Source: Phallusia mammillata (Eukaryota). From it: a DNA stretch of 64,000 bases. The notes below the pieces were generated by a model. That model made no database searches, was not told where the DNA came from, and was given only the letters and a program-made list of their open reading frames with translations. This document shows positions 32,721 to 47,383 of this stretch, in pieces; within the stretch, counting starts at the first letter, position 1; each line of letters begins with the position of its first letter. The stretch lies in NCBI GenBank assembly GCA_965637545.1, contig OZ281496.1:27032001-27096000 (forward strand), written 5' to 3'. The translations under genes were made by a program, and so were the position numbers.

Positions 32721-35700
32721 ATGTTTGCTGAGGCAAGCGGTTTCTCAATTCTGCTGTTTGTCTCTGTTATATTTCACACAAGTTTACCAACTTTTTGTCA
32801 TGACATGCAAACATTTACAAAAAAATTTGCAAGGACAAAACGGAGTGAAGAATCAACTTTGAACTCAGACAACACTAACAGGCAAAAACGGGACACTGTT
32901 TGTAACTCTATTCCGGATGTTCAAAATGTATTAAGTCCCAAGACTACAAAGGTATAAAACTGTCTCATGTTCTTTTGGTCATATTACTAAAAATTTTGGT
33001 TGTTCATTACACCTGTTTAAACTAACTGCTTACAGTTGCAATTTAAAAAAATCCTTTTTGATGTACTGAATTTGTTCTACATATTTATGTGCATGTTGTG
33101 GTATAAAAGATATATATTTCTTACAAAAATAGTCAAAACTTGTACTTGTTTTTGCAGCACATTTTCAGTAATGACGAGAATCCTGCCATATCTCTTACAT
33201 GGTCTGGTAACCAAGGTGTTATGCTTGCACTAACAACACGAAATTTTGGCATCTCATTTCGACCTTCAAGACTTTATAGGAGTACAAATCGTGGACAGTA
33301 AGTTTTGATTGATGCAAAATATTGATGCAGTCTTTTTTGAAGCAATTTGTCCATCACATTAGTAATATGTAACAAGAGACTTTAACTTGAGCAAAAACCT
33401 AAGGCTTGTTAAACAGAGTTGAATTACCCTTCATTTCAACCATGATTTATTTATTTTAGGTCATTTGTTGACATTTCAGACCAAATTGGTCACGACACCA
33501 TTAGAAAGTCAAATGGAATCCATCTTAGCCCTAATGATAGTGGAAAGGTGAGAGCTCTTGGATAAACTCAATAGCCTTGTTGTTTCATGGTTTTTGTTTC
33601 ATTCAGATAATCTTGATTGGATATGTTTCCCCCTTTACCTCTACGTTCCATACCAATATTTATGTTAGCACTGACACTGGTGCCACCTTTCAAAAGGCAA
33701 TTTGTCCGTTTATTATGGACGCCACAACTTTGACGTTCAGTCCAACAGATGATTACAGGTAATATGCACATTAGTGAAACATTTGTGCATGGGACATTTT
33801 TTTGCATTGAAACAAGTTTCTGTGTTACCAATAGACTATATATATATTGTTTAATGTAAATAGTATGCATTAGTTTGTTGCACTTGATATTACTGCAACA
33901 CATGTTGGTAAAAATAGTGGCAGCATCCTTTTTTCTGCACATTTGTATTTGTAGCAACTTCTGTACACTGCGCTCAGCGTTGGTTAAAAGACTTACGAAA
34001 AAGAAATAATTTTTCTTGATCATTAAATATATTTGTAATGAAATTAGACCTAATCTAAAAAGAATATGTTTTGATTACTGACAATGACAAGTGATATTTT
34101 TGTAGTCTGCTCGCCAAGTCAACAAACAACAGCCTTTTCATGTCAACTGACTTTGGTCGTGAATGGAAATTGGTCAAAAACCAAGTTCACACTGGAAAGT
34201 GGGATCCAATAGTGAAGCACCTTTTTTATTACACATTTGATCCAAGTGGCAGAATGTCATGTAAGTTATATGCTGGGACTAGGCTGACATTTTGTGTAAA
34301 CAGAAACATGTTTGTTTTTCTGTTTTTGCAAATTATGTCCATACTTTTTATTGCCACCATTAGTGGGATATCTTTGGAGAACACTTGCTAGGGTGCAGAA
34401 AAACTTCTTGTGTATTTCCCCCTAAAAAGCCTTTTAGAAAAAAAATGTTTTAGGAAAAACAATGTACATTTATTCTCAATACAACCACACAAGCGTTAAC
34501 ACTCTGTCTAAATATAATTTTGTTTTAGCAAAAAGCACAGAGAATGAGCTTTACAAACAGATGTCCACAGCAACATCTGGAACTCTTCTCGCTCAACATG
34601 TTCATAGTTTTGCTGTGCAGAATGATTTCCTTTTTCTTTCTGTTCAGTTTCCAGGGGTAAGTTGTACCAATTAAGTTTCAGATGTGTCCTATATAAAATT
34701 ATCTTGCAAAAATGAATTGATGTTCAAAACTGGTACCAAACCGAAAACCTATGCTAAGGATATGTAATATGTATTTTTTTTTGTTTAGTAACGCTTTTTT
34801 TGTTGTACTTGGCTAAAACAATCTGCCAAATAAATAGCCGGATCATTTACACAAAATTCTTTTACCATTAGGCAGATGCTAAAAAAACATTCAATTGCAG
34901 AACAATGGAAGTAGGGTTATGCATATCTCAAAAGACCAAGGCCAAACCTGGAATGCCGCACAATTGCCTCTTATTAATCCTGACCAGTTCTACTCTATTT
35001 TGGACATGTCAGAAAGCATGGTGTTTGTGCATGTTGATGCAGCAGGTGGTAAGTAATATACAAATAGCATTTTACTTGGTGTAAAAAGTTGCTATGGCTG
35101 TGATTTTGCATTTATTTAAAGATTGAATAGTGAGTCATGATCATGTGATGTATATGTAATTTCAATGATATCATTACATTTTACACATAACTCTTTGTAT
35201 TACTTACAAATTTTAACAAAAACTACATTTTTAACTAAATAAAAGCCAAACACTGTATTGGATTGTTATGATTACAGGTGATATGTTTGGGTAAAAGCAG
35301 TGGTTCCCAACCTTTTTTGTTACATTCCTCCCTTTGCCAATTTCCGAACTATTCATTCCTCCCCATAAGATGAAAAACAAATATAACATACAAAATTTTA
35401 GCAATTTAAAATATCAATTTATTTCACATTACTACTCAATGCGAAATTTCGTCTCGCTTGCGCTCTGAAAGTAGTTGTAATGGCGGCACAGTTCTTTTTA
35501 TACTACTCGTCTCTTTTAAATACTGGTAGTTGACTAAAACTTAGGCTACAACTAAAATCTACACAAACAATGATATGCAACTAAGAATCTAGTTTCATTA
35601 CACATATATACTGTTTACTAACTGTCGACTGTTCAGTTTTTAAGCAACTAAGCATCAGCCAGAGTGCCAAAAACAAAAATGTTAAAACAATGGACTTTGT

Positions 35701-38700
35701 TATGACAATAATTAATTAATTTAAGTGCCTGAAACGTAGCATGCGGCCGTATATACAAGAAGACTTTATAATTAGATGTCTATTTCAGAACCCTTTACAA
35801 CCAACCGGTTTCAAATGTGAACCGGATCCAAATTATAATGCATATCCCTAATGTATATGCAAAAATATTCTGTTACATTTCCAACAGAATTTTTTTTTAC
35901 AGTTTTTATGAAATTCCTCCCCTGAATTCATAAAATTCCTCCCTAGGGAGGAATTCCTCCCCGGTTGGGAACCACTGGGTTTTAATATAGTTTGTTTTGA
36001 TTGGTTTCGAACTTACTACGCACTACTTGCCTAGTTAATTCATTGTGGTTCACTTTCTTTAGACACTGGACATGGCAACATCTACACTTCTGAGGAGCGT
36101 GGAATAATATTTTCAAAATCTCTTACCAGACATCTTTACCCCAACACACAAGGCATCACTGATTTCTACAGGGTAATAATCAAATCTAAACAATCTGTGT
36201 TACAAGCTTTACGATTTTTAAAGTAGACACGAGTTGTTTGAGTTGCAACACCAAAAAATTATATTTGTTCTGCATTGCTTGGTTATATATTTGTGTTTTT
36301 GCTCAGCAGAAAGTGTACAACAGGCAAAAATGTTTATTTTATTAAAATGTTTTTCCCTGTGTCCTTGACCAATTTTTATTCCAAAAAAATCACTTGGTGA
36401 ATGGTTTCAAAACCAGGAACACCCATTTCCTTCTAATAGTGTTTACAGGCAAACCAATCCCACAAAACCTCACCTAATACATTTGCCAGGTTGCATATTA
36501 ACTGCTGTGTATTTTGTTCAATAGAACAGGAAATATGCGACCTGTAGCTCACCCATTGTCTTAGTTTATTGTACACAAGCAATAGAGCAAAATGCATTGA
36601 TTCTGTTTTGGCCCATTGTGTGTTTGCTATATTGTCTACGTATAATGGTTGTTTCACACGTTAAGGTAACAATAGACTTGTTGTTTTATAACTAAACTAT
36701 ATACGGTGCATTCAAAGTGCATGGTAAATGGCATTAAAGCTGTTTTATGCATTTAAAACTACAGACTGAAAACATTTTAAATATTATATGCCCAAAGTTT
36801 TTCAATCATACAGATTCAAAAATCTGTTTTAAAATGGCAATACTGAATATAGTTAAATGGAGGCATACCCTATGTAATTTGACATTTTCATTTGCTCAAG
36901 GTTCAAAATGTGCTGTTACTTCTATGTTATATACAATACTTTTGCAGGTCAAATCACTGCCAGGGGTGTACATTACTTCACAACTTACTAAAGACAATAC
37001 CGTGCACTCAAGAATCACATTTGACAAAGGAGGTGTATGGGACTCTATTTCATCTCCAGCAGGCAGCCATTGTCCTTCATCAGAAAAAGAGGTATATACA
37101 TACAGTCTATAAATACACTATGTAGATACAGTGTACCCTAAAGCCATTGATTGTGAAATTTGACTTTTTTGGATAAAATAGTAACGTTGTATGATGTCAT
37201 ACAATAACCAATGACTCAATAACAAAAAAGTCCCAGGACACTAAAATATTATTATCAGTTTACTGAATCTGAATTTTACTAGATGTTTTGTGATGAAATA
37301 AAACACATGATTTTACATTCACACTTCTGTTTAACATTTTTTATCCTGTTCAATTAGTAATAAGTTGTTGTAAATAATCTATTTTAATGGTTTGTATTAT
37401 GTACAATAGTTTGGTTCATATTTCTTATTTAATATTCAGTATAAGGAGTTGCAGTTCCCATTTAAAGTGAATGAAAAAAACACCAGTAGTCTCAACTGAA
37501 CAGGATGTTGTCTTAAGTTTGTTTGCTCTAACTCAATGGTTGGTTGCTTTTTGACAGTGCAAGCTTCAAATTCACAATTACTTCAGTGCATCCAAGCATG
37601 TCAGTCTACCTGCGCTGCCTCTTTCCAGCCCCAGTGCTGTTGGTATAATCATGGCACATGGAAATTTGGGTAGGTGCAAAAAAACTGTTTGTTTTTTTAC
37701 ATTTACTAGAATTTTTGCATTTTTTATCAACTTGTACCATTTTTTGGTCAAAATTTTAAGTTTGGTTGAAGTTAGAATCACTATGTGTTCATACATTTTT
37801 TCTGTTTGGACTTTCCACACGAAAAATATTTAAAAATAAATATGTCTGTTTTAAGGAGTTTTGCAATAGAAAAAAGTATGTTTTTTTACCAGACCTCCCC
37901 TTTAACTCGCCCAACTGCAATGGTTTTGCAATGTTACTTTCTAACTTTTAGTCATAATAATGTAGTATTGAGTATACTCTCTTGTCTAACCTTATTACAT
38001 GAATAAATATATAATCTAAATCTGTATTGGTTGTTTATTGCAGGTGATGGTCTTAACTTCAACCCACCAAATGTTTTCCTGACAAATGATGGAGGATACA
38101 CATGGAAACAACCTGCTAACCTTTCAGGTCCATATCATTATGGAATTGGTGACTCTGGTGGCATCCTCTTTGCTGTTCCATCTAAATCTGAACTTGTAAA
38201 CACAATTAGGTATTTAATGTAAAGTTTGAATTAACTTTGTGCAGCTAATAGTATTTGCTACTGTTCAGTTTTGGATTTCTTTCTATGCTTTCAGTGACAA
38301 CTTAATTAGGCAGATGTATAATGTCATAACACTCCGCATTGTCACAATTATACCATTTTACTGTGTATGATTTTGACACAAATGGTTGGTTTTGTGAAGA
38401 CAAGTGCATTAAAATGCCTTAATCATTAATTTGGGGACTCAGTACCTTGCTTCTGTTGAATTCGAGACCAATTTTAACAATATCTAGATCTGCAAAGTTT
38501 ACTGGAAAAATTACCTAAGCAGACCTTTTCGTGCATCATAGGTATGATAAAAAGTCCTTTGACATTAAGTTTTAATGATTTAAGTCTCAAGAAGTAATTA
38601 TGGGTCCCCTTCCCTGAAGGGGACTCATATTGTTTTTGTCCGTGTTTTTTTTTCTTTTTTCTGTCTAACGCTGGTTTGTGAGACGCGTTTGGTCAAGAAA

Positions 38701-41700
38701 GAGTGCTTTAAATTTATTCAAATTTACAAAGATGTTAGTTAATAATCCAAATTTGATCCTCCTGAAGTTTGACCCCGATTGGCCCAACGGTTCACCCACA
38801 GGCCCCCAAAACGTAATTTTTTTAAAACCGTTGTACTGACTAAAGTACAGCGTCTTGGAGTTTCATGCTTTGTTGTTTGGCGCAATGTAAGGTTTTTTTA
38901 AAGAATTTTGTATCTTTTTTTCGGATTCACCCATTTTTCACCCTTTAAACCCCGAAATAATCGGTTTTAGTTTTAAGGCAGAAATACAAGCCCTATGGTG
39001 CAGAAATATTTAAAAAAATAACAATTGTTTAAGCAGGGTACTCGTTTAGTATTTAAAGTATTTACCTTTACAACCCATAATATGTGTACGCTATCAGTCA
39101 GATATAAGTCCCAACGGAGGAATTCACTGGTTCACGATTAAGGCGGCAGAGCGGGAGTGCTCAGCTTGACGTCCGGACAGACGTTTTACGAGACAGTCGT
39201 TTGGGTGATTAGAAATCAGCTGTTTTTTTGTGCAGCAATGCTGTGTCGTTTTATTGAGTCAGTACACGCATTTTCAGTTTTGCAAAGTTTTTAAACCTAA
39301 GACGTAATTTAAACTTGATAAACGTACTTCGGTTTCGTTTATGTCAGGCAAAACGTCGTTGATCAACATAAATATGAAAAAATAAACTTAACTTTTTCAA
39401 ACGCCGCGATAATTGGTTATTAAATTCCCGTTGTCAGCTTGGCCGTCGCATAACCACGGGTCACTAAAGGTCAACTTGTAGGCATTACAACACAGTTAAG
39501 AATTTTTCTTCATAACGTATCTTCTTTATTTTTGACAAATCAATTCAAGAATCAGTACTTAAGTGATGTATAAATTAGGCTAAACGGTATTGTTGAACAC
39601 TGAGGACTGCATGATGTTAAAAACAGTGTCAAAAGGTCATTAAACAGTCGTTTTTGCGAAACAAAGTTAAGTGAAAAACAAGTTGTTATGTATACCTTTG
39701 TAGCAAACGACTTTTTTTATATAGTGTCTAATATAACAGTTAAGGCTTTCTAGGAAAATATATGTTTAAAACTGAACTTGAACGACAATATCAAGGTCAA
39801 AGTAAGAGATTAATTTGAAAGTATTTTCCCTGTTCTTTTTTCGCCGATTTTTTGTAATTATATGACAATAATGATGCAAAAAGAATACGGACAAAAAGTT
39901 TTAAAGTTAAGTTAATGCTTTGTAAAAAAATTGTCCTTAAGAATCTAAAAATAACTGCAACATAGGTTTACCGTATATCTGCATAAACACGTATGTGGGG
40001 ACCCATTCGTTTTTACATGCAAAAACAATCATACATGTAGATACAATCGTGTATAGTATAGTAAATTGGTAAATATCGTATAGAATATATAAAATTGAAG
40101 TATATCAGAAAGCCACTTTTCTAGTTTAAAACTAAAACACTACATTAGCCTTAATTGATCATCAGTTTCCATAAAAATGTGTTTGTTTCATAGATTTTCT
40201 TTTGATGAGGGAGACTGCTGGCACTCATACAAGTTTACTGACACACCGATTCAGATCACTGGCATATCAGCAGAACCAGGCGAGAAATCAACCGATGTGA
40301 GTATATGGGGATGGAACAGGAGTGGAGATGGCTCATGGATGGCAATTACTGTTGACTTTAGACCAGCAATGGGAGATTCATGTAAGTATGAAGCATAATG
40401 TGTGTGATACTACAGTCATTATCAGACATAACAGAAAAACAGAAAAAATCTAAACAGAAAAAATGTTTTACACAATATTACTGCCTTTTTTTCCTTATAG
40501 GACTGTTTACCTGTGATTTTAGTATTCTTTAGGTATCCATTTAAAGTGATAAAAAAAAACAGAACCGATACTTGTGTGCAAAACCCTAATACAATTCTGT
40601 CTTATCGTTATGGACCTTATCCAAATAATGAAAATGTATGACCATGCATGAAACGCTGTATCGACACAATTATGCCTATCCTGTCTCAATATTTCACAAC
40701 TGGGATCAGTCGTGCAGCGTCCATGCAGACCAGCGATCACGGCACACTCATATATAAATCATAGTACGCCAGCCCATTGAATGCGCTATACCGAATCAGC
40801 CTGGTCACCAAGCATTTACCACCGTAGGACGAGGCGTAGGCCAGAAAAATCTACCCTGCGATGGGATTCGAACTCACGACAGGAGTCTTTCCGGGACAAT
40901 GTTAAGAATTAACTCTGTGACTGAATATGCACAAACTGTGTTCGTTCAGGTGGCAGAGAAGACTATCAGAAATGGACAGCACATGAAACGAACACTTTAT
41001 CCGATGAAGGTTGCCTACTTGGTGAAAAGAAGATGTATTTCCGCAGAGCAAAGGGAAGTCTGTGTGTTAACGATCAGACACTAGTGAATAATCCTGTTGG
41101 ACAACCTTGCGCGTGTCAATACAGCGACTACATATGGTACGTTGAAAATTGAAAATTAATCGGGATTTAAGAAATTTTACGGAACCAATTTGTGACAAAA
41201 CGGTAATGGAACAGATTTACTCAGCTTGGTGTGCAGATTTTTTGAACATTTGGTATACTTTTGTATTTCTTCGTCTACTCTAAAACTATGGTTACACATT
41301 TTAGGTAGCCGTATATGTTCATTTCCTTAAACTTATTTAGTAGACGTAGAAACGTTGAAAATGTAGATGCTTTTTATGTGACATTGCTGTTACTTGGCCT
41401 TACCCTGCATTGAAGCAGCCTTGTTTTTGCGAAATTAAAACTATGGTTGTTTCTTGTTTTAACTAGTGATTACGCTTACGTTCGCAACGACCAGTCAATG
41501 TGTGTGAAAGACCCGGCAGTCGCCACATCCAACATGGACATTTGCATTGATAACGAAGAGGAAGTTATTGAAACGAAGGTACTTAAACTGTCTGAATCAC
41601 TTCTTATTGAAATATCGTCATACTCAATACTACCACTCTGTAGTAATGTATGTTTTGTGTTACTGTGCAGTGAATGCCATAAGTTTAGTTTTAAAGTTAC

Positions 41701-44289
41701 CAAAGGCCACTATAAAGGCACGTCGTTTTTAAAGATTGCCTTTTAGCAAGTATTGTGCATAAGAGGTGTTCTCGCATCCACTTTTTGAAGCTTACAACGT
41801 TTGTGTGCACAGGGTTACCGCAAGATACCTGGAGACAAGTGCCAGGGTGGCGTTCAGCCCAATACCAAAACCGAAGATCTCAAGAAAAGTTGTGCAAAGG
41901 TAAATGACTGTACAGACTGTCTTTGTGGCCTGTGTAAAGTTCTTTTGTGATTTTTCTGTCTTTGTTCCTTGAATTCCTCACTGGAAATGTAAATAGAGCT
42001 GCAAAACAGCGAACACGCAGAAAATTCTGGCACCACAAACATCGTTTTTTTTTCAAGGAAATGCCTTCTTCACATAGAAACGATTTGTGCAACGATTATT
42101 TATAAAAAGGTCCCATAATTGATTTTGTTAGTTATTACATGGTAAAAAGTGCATTGCACCGAATAACTGTTGTGGATACCTACGCTATTTATGGATTGCA
42201 ATTTGATATTGAAAACAAAATGCAATTAATTTTTTGACCAAAAACAAAAAAGCTACTGTATAATTCCATCACATTACCCGTTAAAACCATACTTACAATA
42301 AATTCTAACTAATTCAGTATAAATTCGGATACCTAAAAGGAGAGTATTGCCTTACTTGGTTTGTTCCACACAACGTTTAACAAATAGTAATACAAACAAC
42401 CGTTTGTCATAGTTCTGCGTAAAGCAGTAGTTCCCAACCTTTTTTGTCCTGTGCACCCTTTTAGTCGATATTCAAATCTAATTCCCCCCCTACAAATTTT
42501 TAACATTTCAATGTAATTCTTAGAACAGAAATTAAACTAACACAGATCACAGACAACCAGATTGTGACACAAATTCCCCCTACAAATTACAAAATCACCC
42601 CCTAGTTGGGAACCACTGGCGTAAAGCATCATTTGTGCATACTTGTAACCAGGCCTATCATTTTGCAGCCACAGATCATTGATGAAGAGTTTGGGGTTGA
42701 TCCCAATGACTTTGTATCGTACACACCTCGCCACACAAGCCGCCATATCGGCCTTGTCATCTTCCTTGTGATTATTGTCATAATGATGGGAGTCGCTCTA
42801 GGAGTGCTTTTGTATAGAAAGAGAAAAACGTAAGTAATGCACGACATAAATAGGCAGATTGCACTATAGCTATATTTGGAAAATGACCCCACAGTAAATG
42901 TGCCATGTGCCTTTAAGCCTATGTGTAGTTTTATTAGTATGGTGCCTCACATGTTTAGACTACTGCCGTGGGTTCGAATCTTACAGAAGGCTGGACTATT
43001 CGCCTTGTTCCAAAATGCTAGAAAGGCTACCACTGAATGACCAGTGGAATGTATGAATGGCTCTATTATGAACGTTAAGCAACGCCATGAAAACAGCTAA
43101 GGATGTTTAAAAACGCTAAGGCAAACAACAAACCATGAGAAATCAAATTAAAAACTTCAAAAAAGGGACTCAAACTTGACCTTGATAAAGACTCAAATTT
43201 CCTAGGCACTTGATTGAAATTAACACGATGAAAACAAAGGAAAATCGTTTTCGATAACAATGTGTTTTAACTATACGTGCTTTTTGCCAGCTGTATTTTC
43301 GACACGATAACTTCAGGGGGCTGTAAACAAAATAAATTTGAATGATTGATTTGATTTTGCCTTATATTTGTAAAGCAACTTGGATTGAGATAAATACAGC
43401 CCACAAAAACACACCGTCTTTATGTTTTGTCAACCCCAGTCGGTACTTACCCTTTTGTTTCTTTTACAGTATGTTGCGGGTACGATATACGCCACTTGCA
43501 CAAGACGACAACGAAGCAGCCAAGCGAGCCAACGGGTCCGCAGTGCACCCTCTAGTGGGCACTTCTTCATTGGTTGATGATGATGATGACACAGTAATCG
43601 TTGATCCAAGTTCTCTGGCTAACATGAAGCCTAAGAATGGAGCGACGTTGTCGTATCATGACGATTCCGATGAGGTACGTACCTATTGTATTCTGCGTAT
43701 TAGGTTGGTCACATTTCAAACTGTCAAACCTTTTATGCAAATAAATGATTTTTTTCTGAACATAATGCAGCCTTTCGATTGACAAACCCTATACAGTGGT
43801 ACTGAATATGCGATTAACCGGGTTTTTTTAAACAAAGAGTCACCATCTCAAAACGGTTTAACTAAATGTGCGATTAACCGGAACGCGTTTAATTGAAACT
43901 TCCTGAATTTTGGCAATGCGTCATTTAGATTCTTCTGTGTCCCATTATGGCTGTGCCGAGCGTAACTATTAGGATTTTCATTAACGTTTATTGCTATTTT
44001 TGTTGCTTGGTGTTTGGACTTAAATGTGCAGTACATTGGACAAACATGTACAGAGGTGTAAACAAAGTCCGTAAGTTAAAACGCAGTAAAATTTTTCAAA
44101 AGCTGCGATTACGGCGATTAAACGTCATATTTGTGTGACGTCATACAACCATACCCTGCTCTTGTCAAGGAAAGAACATCTAGTTTATCACCTTTTCCTA
44201 TCACTTACACATTAATATTTTAATGCAACACACTTATTTGTAACAGCCCAGCTAATAACGCGACTTTTTAGGACCTCCTTGTCACGTGA
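32721..44289 (+). CDS. SORT1: Sortilin (VPS10-domain sorting receptor), multi-exon
   Basis: Signal peptide and propeptide with furin sites RTKR and RQKR (32721-32952). BNR/Asp-box repeats ([32 protein letters not shown]), 10CC region [13 protein letters not shown] (~41812-41899), TM segment [23 protein letters not shown] (~42745-42815), and a cytoplasmic YTPL motif with a terminal acidic dileucine YHDDSDE/DLLVT* (last exon 44272-44289). Confidence 0.93.
35298..35977. mobile_element. Non-autonomous hAT-type element in a sortilin intron
   Basis: Perfect 15-bp TIR CAGTGGTTCCCAACC / GGTTGGGAACCACTG and subterminal ATTCCTCCC repeats. No clear TSD. Confidence 0.8.
38599..39500. mobile_element. Probable interspersed repeat beginning with a 14-bp hairpin (Helentron/HINE-like); right boundary uncertain
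   Basis: Hairpin TATGGGTCCCCTTC-CCT-GAAGGGGACTCATA at 38599-38629, followed by a T-rich tract. It sits in an unusually long (~2 kb) sortilin intron. The family call is an inference. Confidence 0.35.
40550..40895 (-). mobile_element. Probable tRNA-derived SINE relic
   Basis: Pol III B-box GAGTTCGAATCCC on the minus strand (40863-40875). No intact A-box or cloverleaf. Boundaries approximate. Confidence 0.4.
42425..42618. mobile_element. hAT-type MITE in a sortilin intron
   Basis: TIRs CAGTAGTTCCCAAC / GTTGGGAACCACTG. Perfect 8-bp TSD GCGTAAAG. Confidence 0.9.
42915..43075 (+). mobile_element. Possible tRNA-derived SINE fragment
   Basis: B-box-like GTGGGTTCGAATC at 42968-42980 with a degenerate upstream region. 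Confidence 0.3.
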
Positions 44290-47166
44290 CCATACGACGA
44301 CGCCCTTTCTCGATGATGTCATCAATGATTTTGCGCCCCAAGCCGAAAAATCCCTTCCAGTCTTATAGTCACTCCCGTAGCCCACTTCTACTCAGCTATG
44401 CATTGTACATTGCGATTTTTCTTGTGTTGTAAAAACGTCCACCTGTCCTACGTCAAGAGCATGTGATGTCATAGTGACGTCATGGGTCGGTTTGATTTCT
44501 TTCTGCGTTAACTTGCAGTATAGGCACGCTTGAAAGATTGTGATTTGTGTGAATGGTTCTTTCGCTTTTACCATGTTTATTTATTCGACGTTGAGCTGTA
44601 GAATTTAGGAGTATGATCCTTGAATGGTACTTTAAAAGTAACCAGTCACGTAAGGCCTTTTCTGATTCTTCACAGGTCAATGCAGTAATTAAAACTCCTA
44701 ATCGCTACATTATACTGCAATTAACCTGTGGCAGTCTTGTGTTGAATATAACCTTTCGACATATTCAAAGATATATATGATTTTGCCATGATCTTCTAAA
44801 CCAGGACTTTTAATATTATCGTCAATCTTTACAGTAATTTTGCTAAAATATAAAACTTTTTGCCCATAAACATAAACGGATGAATTGTACAAGCAAAATG
44901 CATACTGGCTACTCAATTTTATAAAGCGCTAAAACTGCTGAAGAACTTACAGTATTCTTAAAGATTAAGAATCTATGGTCGGGGTCGATCATATTGCAGT
45001 GAATTGGAAACTCGTCGATTTTTGCCAAGAGTTCACGAAGTAGATGCATGTGCGTTGTGAGATTGATTGCTGTCGATACGAAAGTGTCTGGGTTTCACAT
45101 GTATGCCTTCTAGAACCTATGCTATAGAAAATCTACATGTTACGTGAATTGTCGATTTTCAATCTCCCTCGGATAATAACATTGAAACAATCTTCTGTAT
45201 GGTTGCTTTATGTATGCAAGTCAAAACCTACTATTGCGCGTATCTTGACAATGTGAAAAATCGTTCAAAAGTCTTCGATGTCGTTGGGGTACTGAAGACG
45301 AAGCAGCCCTGATTGGTCAAACGCAGATGCAGCCCAGCCAATCAAAACTTGTCTATTACACTCTGTGGCCCATTTTCAGGCGCTTCTGTTTGCACAGAAA
45401 ATTTACCTCTATGTGCAATTTCGTCCAAGCGCGAAGCTGAAAATGTGTTTATATTCTGTTATTTAATGAATAAAATGCCTATTCGGTCGATAAACAGCCT
45501 CAAATGCCTATTTGACCAAAAACACCCTGGACTTGTAATTACGGCTGAAAATCAACCTCTTTTCAACACGGCCACATGTTTCATGTTGTGTTAAAACGCC
45601 TACTTTTTGTGCCTTAAATGTTTTGTTATAGTCGTGTGGCTTTAGGTATTATTTCATTCTCTTCCAAGGGCCACTTCCTTTATTCCTGTACATACCTGTT
45701 GACCATACATAAACTTATTTTAGGAGCGGTGCCTATTTTTGTTCTGCCCCTTTTCGTTTCAGTGCAGATCTAATAAATTCGAGATTACTGTGAAAAACGG
45801 TGTTGTTTGTTTGTGAAATACGTCATACTTACGCAATACCAGTCGTAATGACGTAACCTTGTGATTTGTGTTTTATGCTACGTAGTGGAAAAATGGTGAC
45901 GACAAACACACACTTAACGTCACATTGCGAAAAAATGTTTGCACTCAGTTATGTAGAAGTATTCAAGAAAAAAGCATAATACGAAGCCCTGCATCGTTTT
46001 GCGGAGGGTCTTTGTGTTTTAGTGTTATGTGCAGCCTGCATAAAGTATTGACTCTGCACGGCCTGATAACAGATTAAAATGCCCCACAGATACACCTGAT
46101 TGTACAGGCCTGAATGACTTGCTCACTTTAGTAACACTGTTTGTTTAGCGTTATGTTGTACTCATAGTCTATTTTTTTATCTACGCGAATTCCCATTATG
46201 GAAAATTCATATTTGTGTGGGCGAAGGTTAAACAAAGAGCGTGAGTGACGTTTTTACAGCCTCATTTCGCTGACGAAGCAAAACAGTTTTTGTTAATATC
46301 ATACCGGACCAAAAGCCAACGCTTTTATCTTAGACCAAAGTCCGTGTTCCCACAATTTATTTCATTTTGTCTGTTACGAAACCACAAATCAAAATTATAT
46401 TGACCAGTTATAGACTACGACTTTTATAATTAAGTCAGCAATCTTCGCGGCGCATTTAAACATGTTTTTTTCGTTATTTGACGTAACCACTGGTAACTGT
46501 TTTTTCAGCAAATAACTTGTCGAGTTCGAATGGGTTTTGTTCAAATGTTATAGCTTTGAAATCGGCCGCGATTTTATTTAAAGATTGCGAGCTTTGTCCA
46601 AGTAGAACCGAATGAAATTAAAAGAATACTTTTTATTACTTGCCATGGTTATACCGCGGCTCAAACGAAAGTCTACCCATGCCGCAAAAGTTACAACCCA
46701 CTAACTAAAGGAAAATCAATAGGCGTGGTTAACCAAATACCATATAAGTTTGGTTTTAGCCAGTGACAAGCTCAATTTGAGAAGTTTCATTGTCAATAAA
46801 GCTCAAAGTGTCTCGAATTGACCTGTCTCATGCAATTTTAAATACAATCCAAGTTTGCGTTTCCATTGTCAAAAAGTTTGCGCCTTGACATTTATAACTT
46901 ATTTTTTGGCTTCCAAAAACCGCCAATAAAAGTAAAAGTAATTTTAAAGTAGTTCCTTCACAAACACACCACTGAATCATAAACTATTTTTGTCAATACC
47001 CTTTTGCAAAAATGAATCCTGCTTTTCAATTCGAATCAACCCTGTTAAGAATTAGCTTTCTATCCTTCAGCAACCAGTGACACTATAAACAACATATGGT
47101 ACTGCACGCACAAGCATGGTACCACATGGACAATACAACATTTTCTTTAGAATTATGCGCTTATGT

Positions 47167-47383
47167 CAGGGGTTCTTAACCTGGGGTGCACGCACCCCCA
47201 AGGGGTGCGAGAACTGTTCCTAGGGGGTGCGGGGATGCTGAATCATTAAGGTTGGTTAGGTCTATTCTATTTAGGCAATTGCAGAAGGGGGAGCGAAAAT
47301 TGGTTAGTGATTTGAAAGGGGGTGCGAAAATTGGTTGGTGATTTGAAAGGGGTGCAGCAAGGAAAAAAGGTTAAGAACCACTG
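47167..47383. mobile_element. hAT-type MITE, family B
   Basis: TIRs CAGGGGTTCTTAACC / GGTTAAGAACCACTG. Perfect TSD GCTTATGT. Differs from 24141-24327 mainly by an internal ~30-bp duplication. Confidence 0.92.

Noticed and set aside
40820-40895. Intact tRNA gene
   Set aside because: B-box only; no A-box, acceptor stem or cloverleaf. Treated as a SINE relic.
44281-44290. Perfect CLEAR palindrome GTCACGTGAC
   Set aside because: It coincides with the last sortilin codons and stop (GTC ACG TGA), far from any TSS; most likely coincidental.
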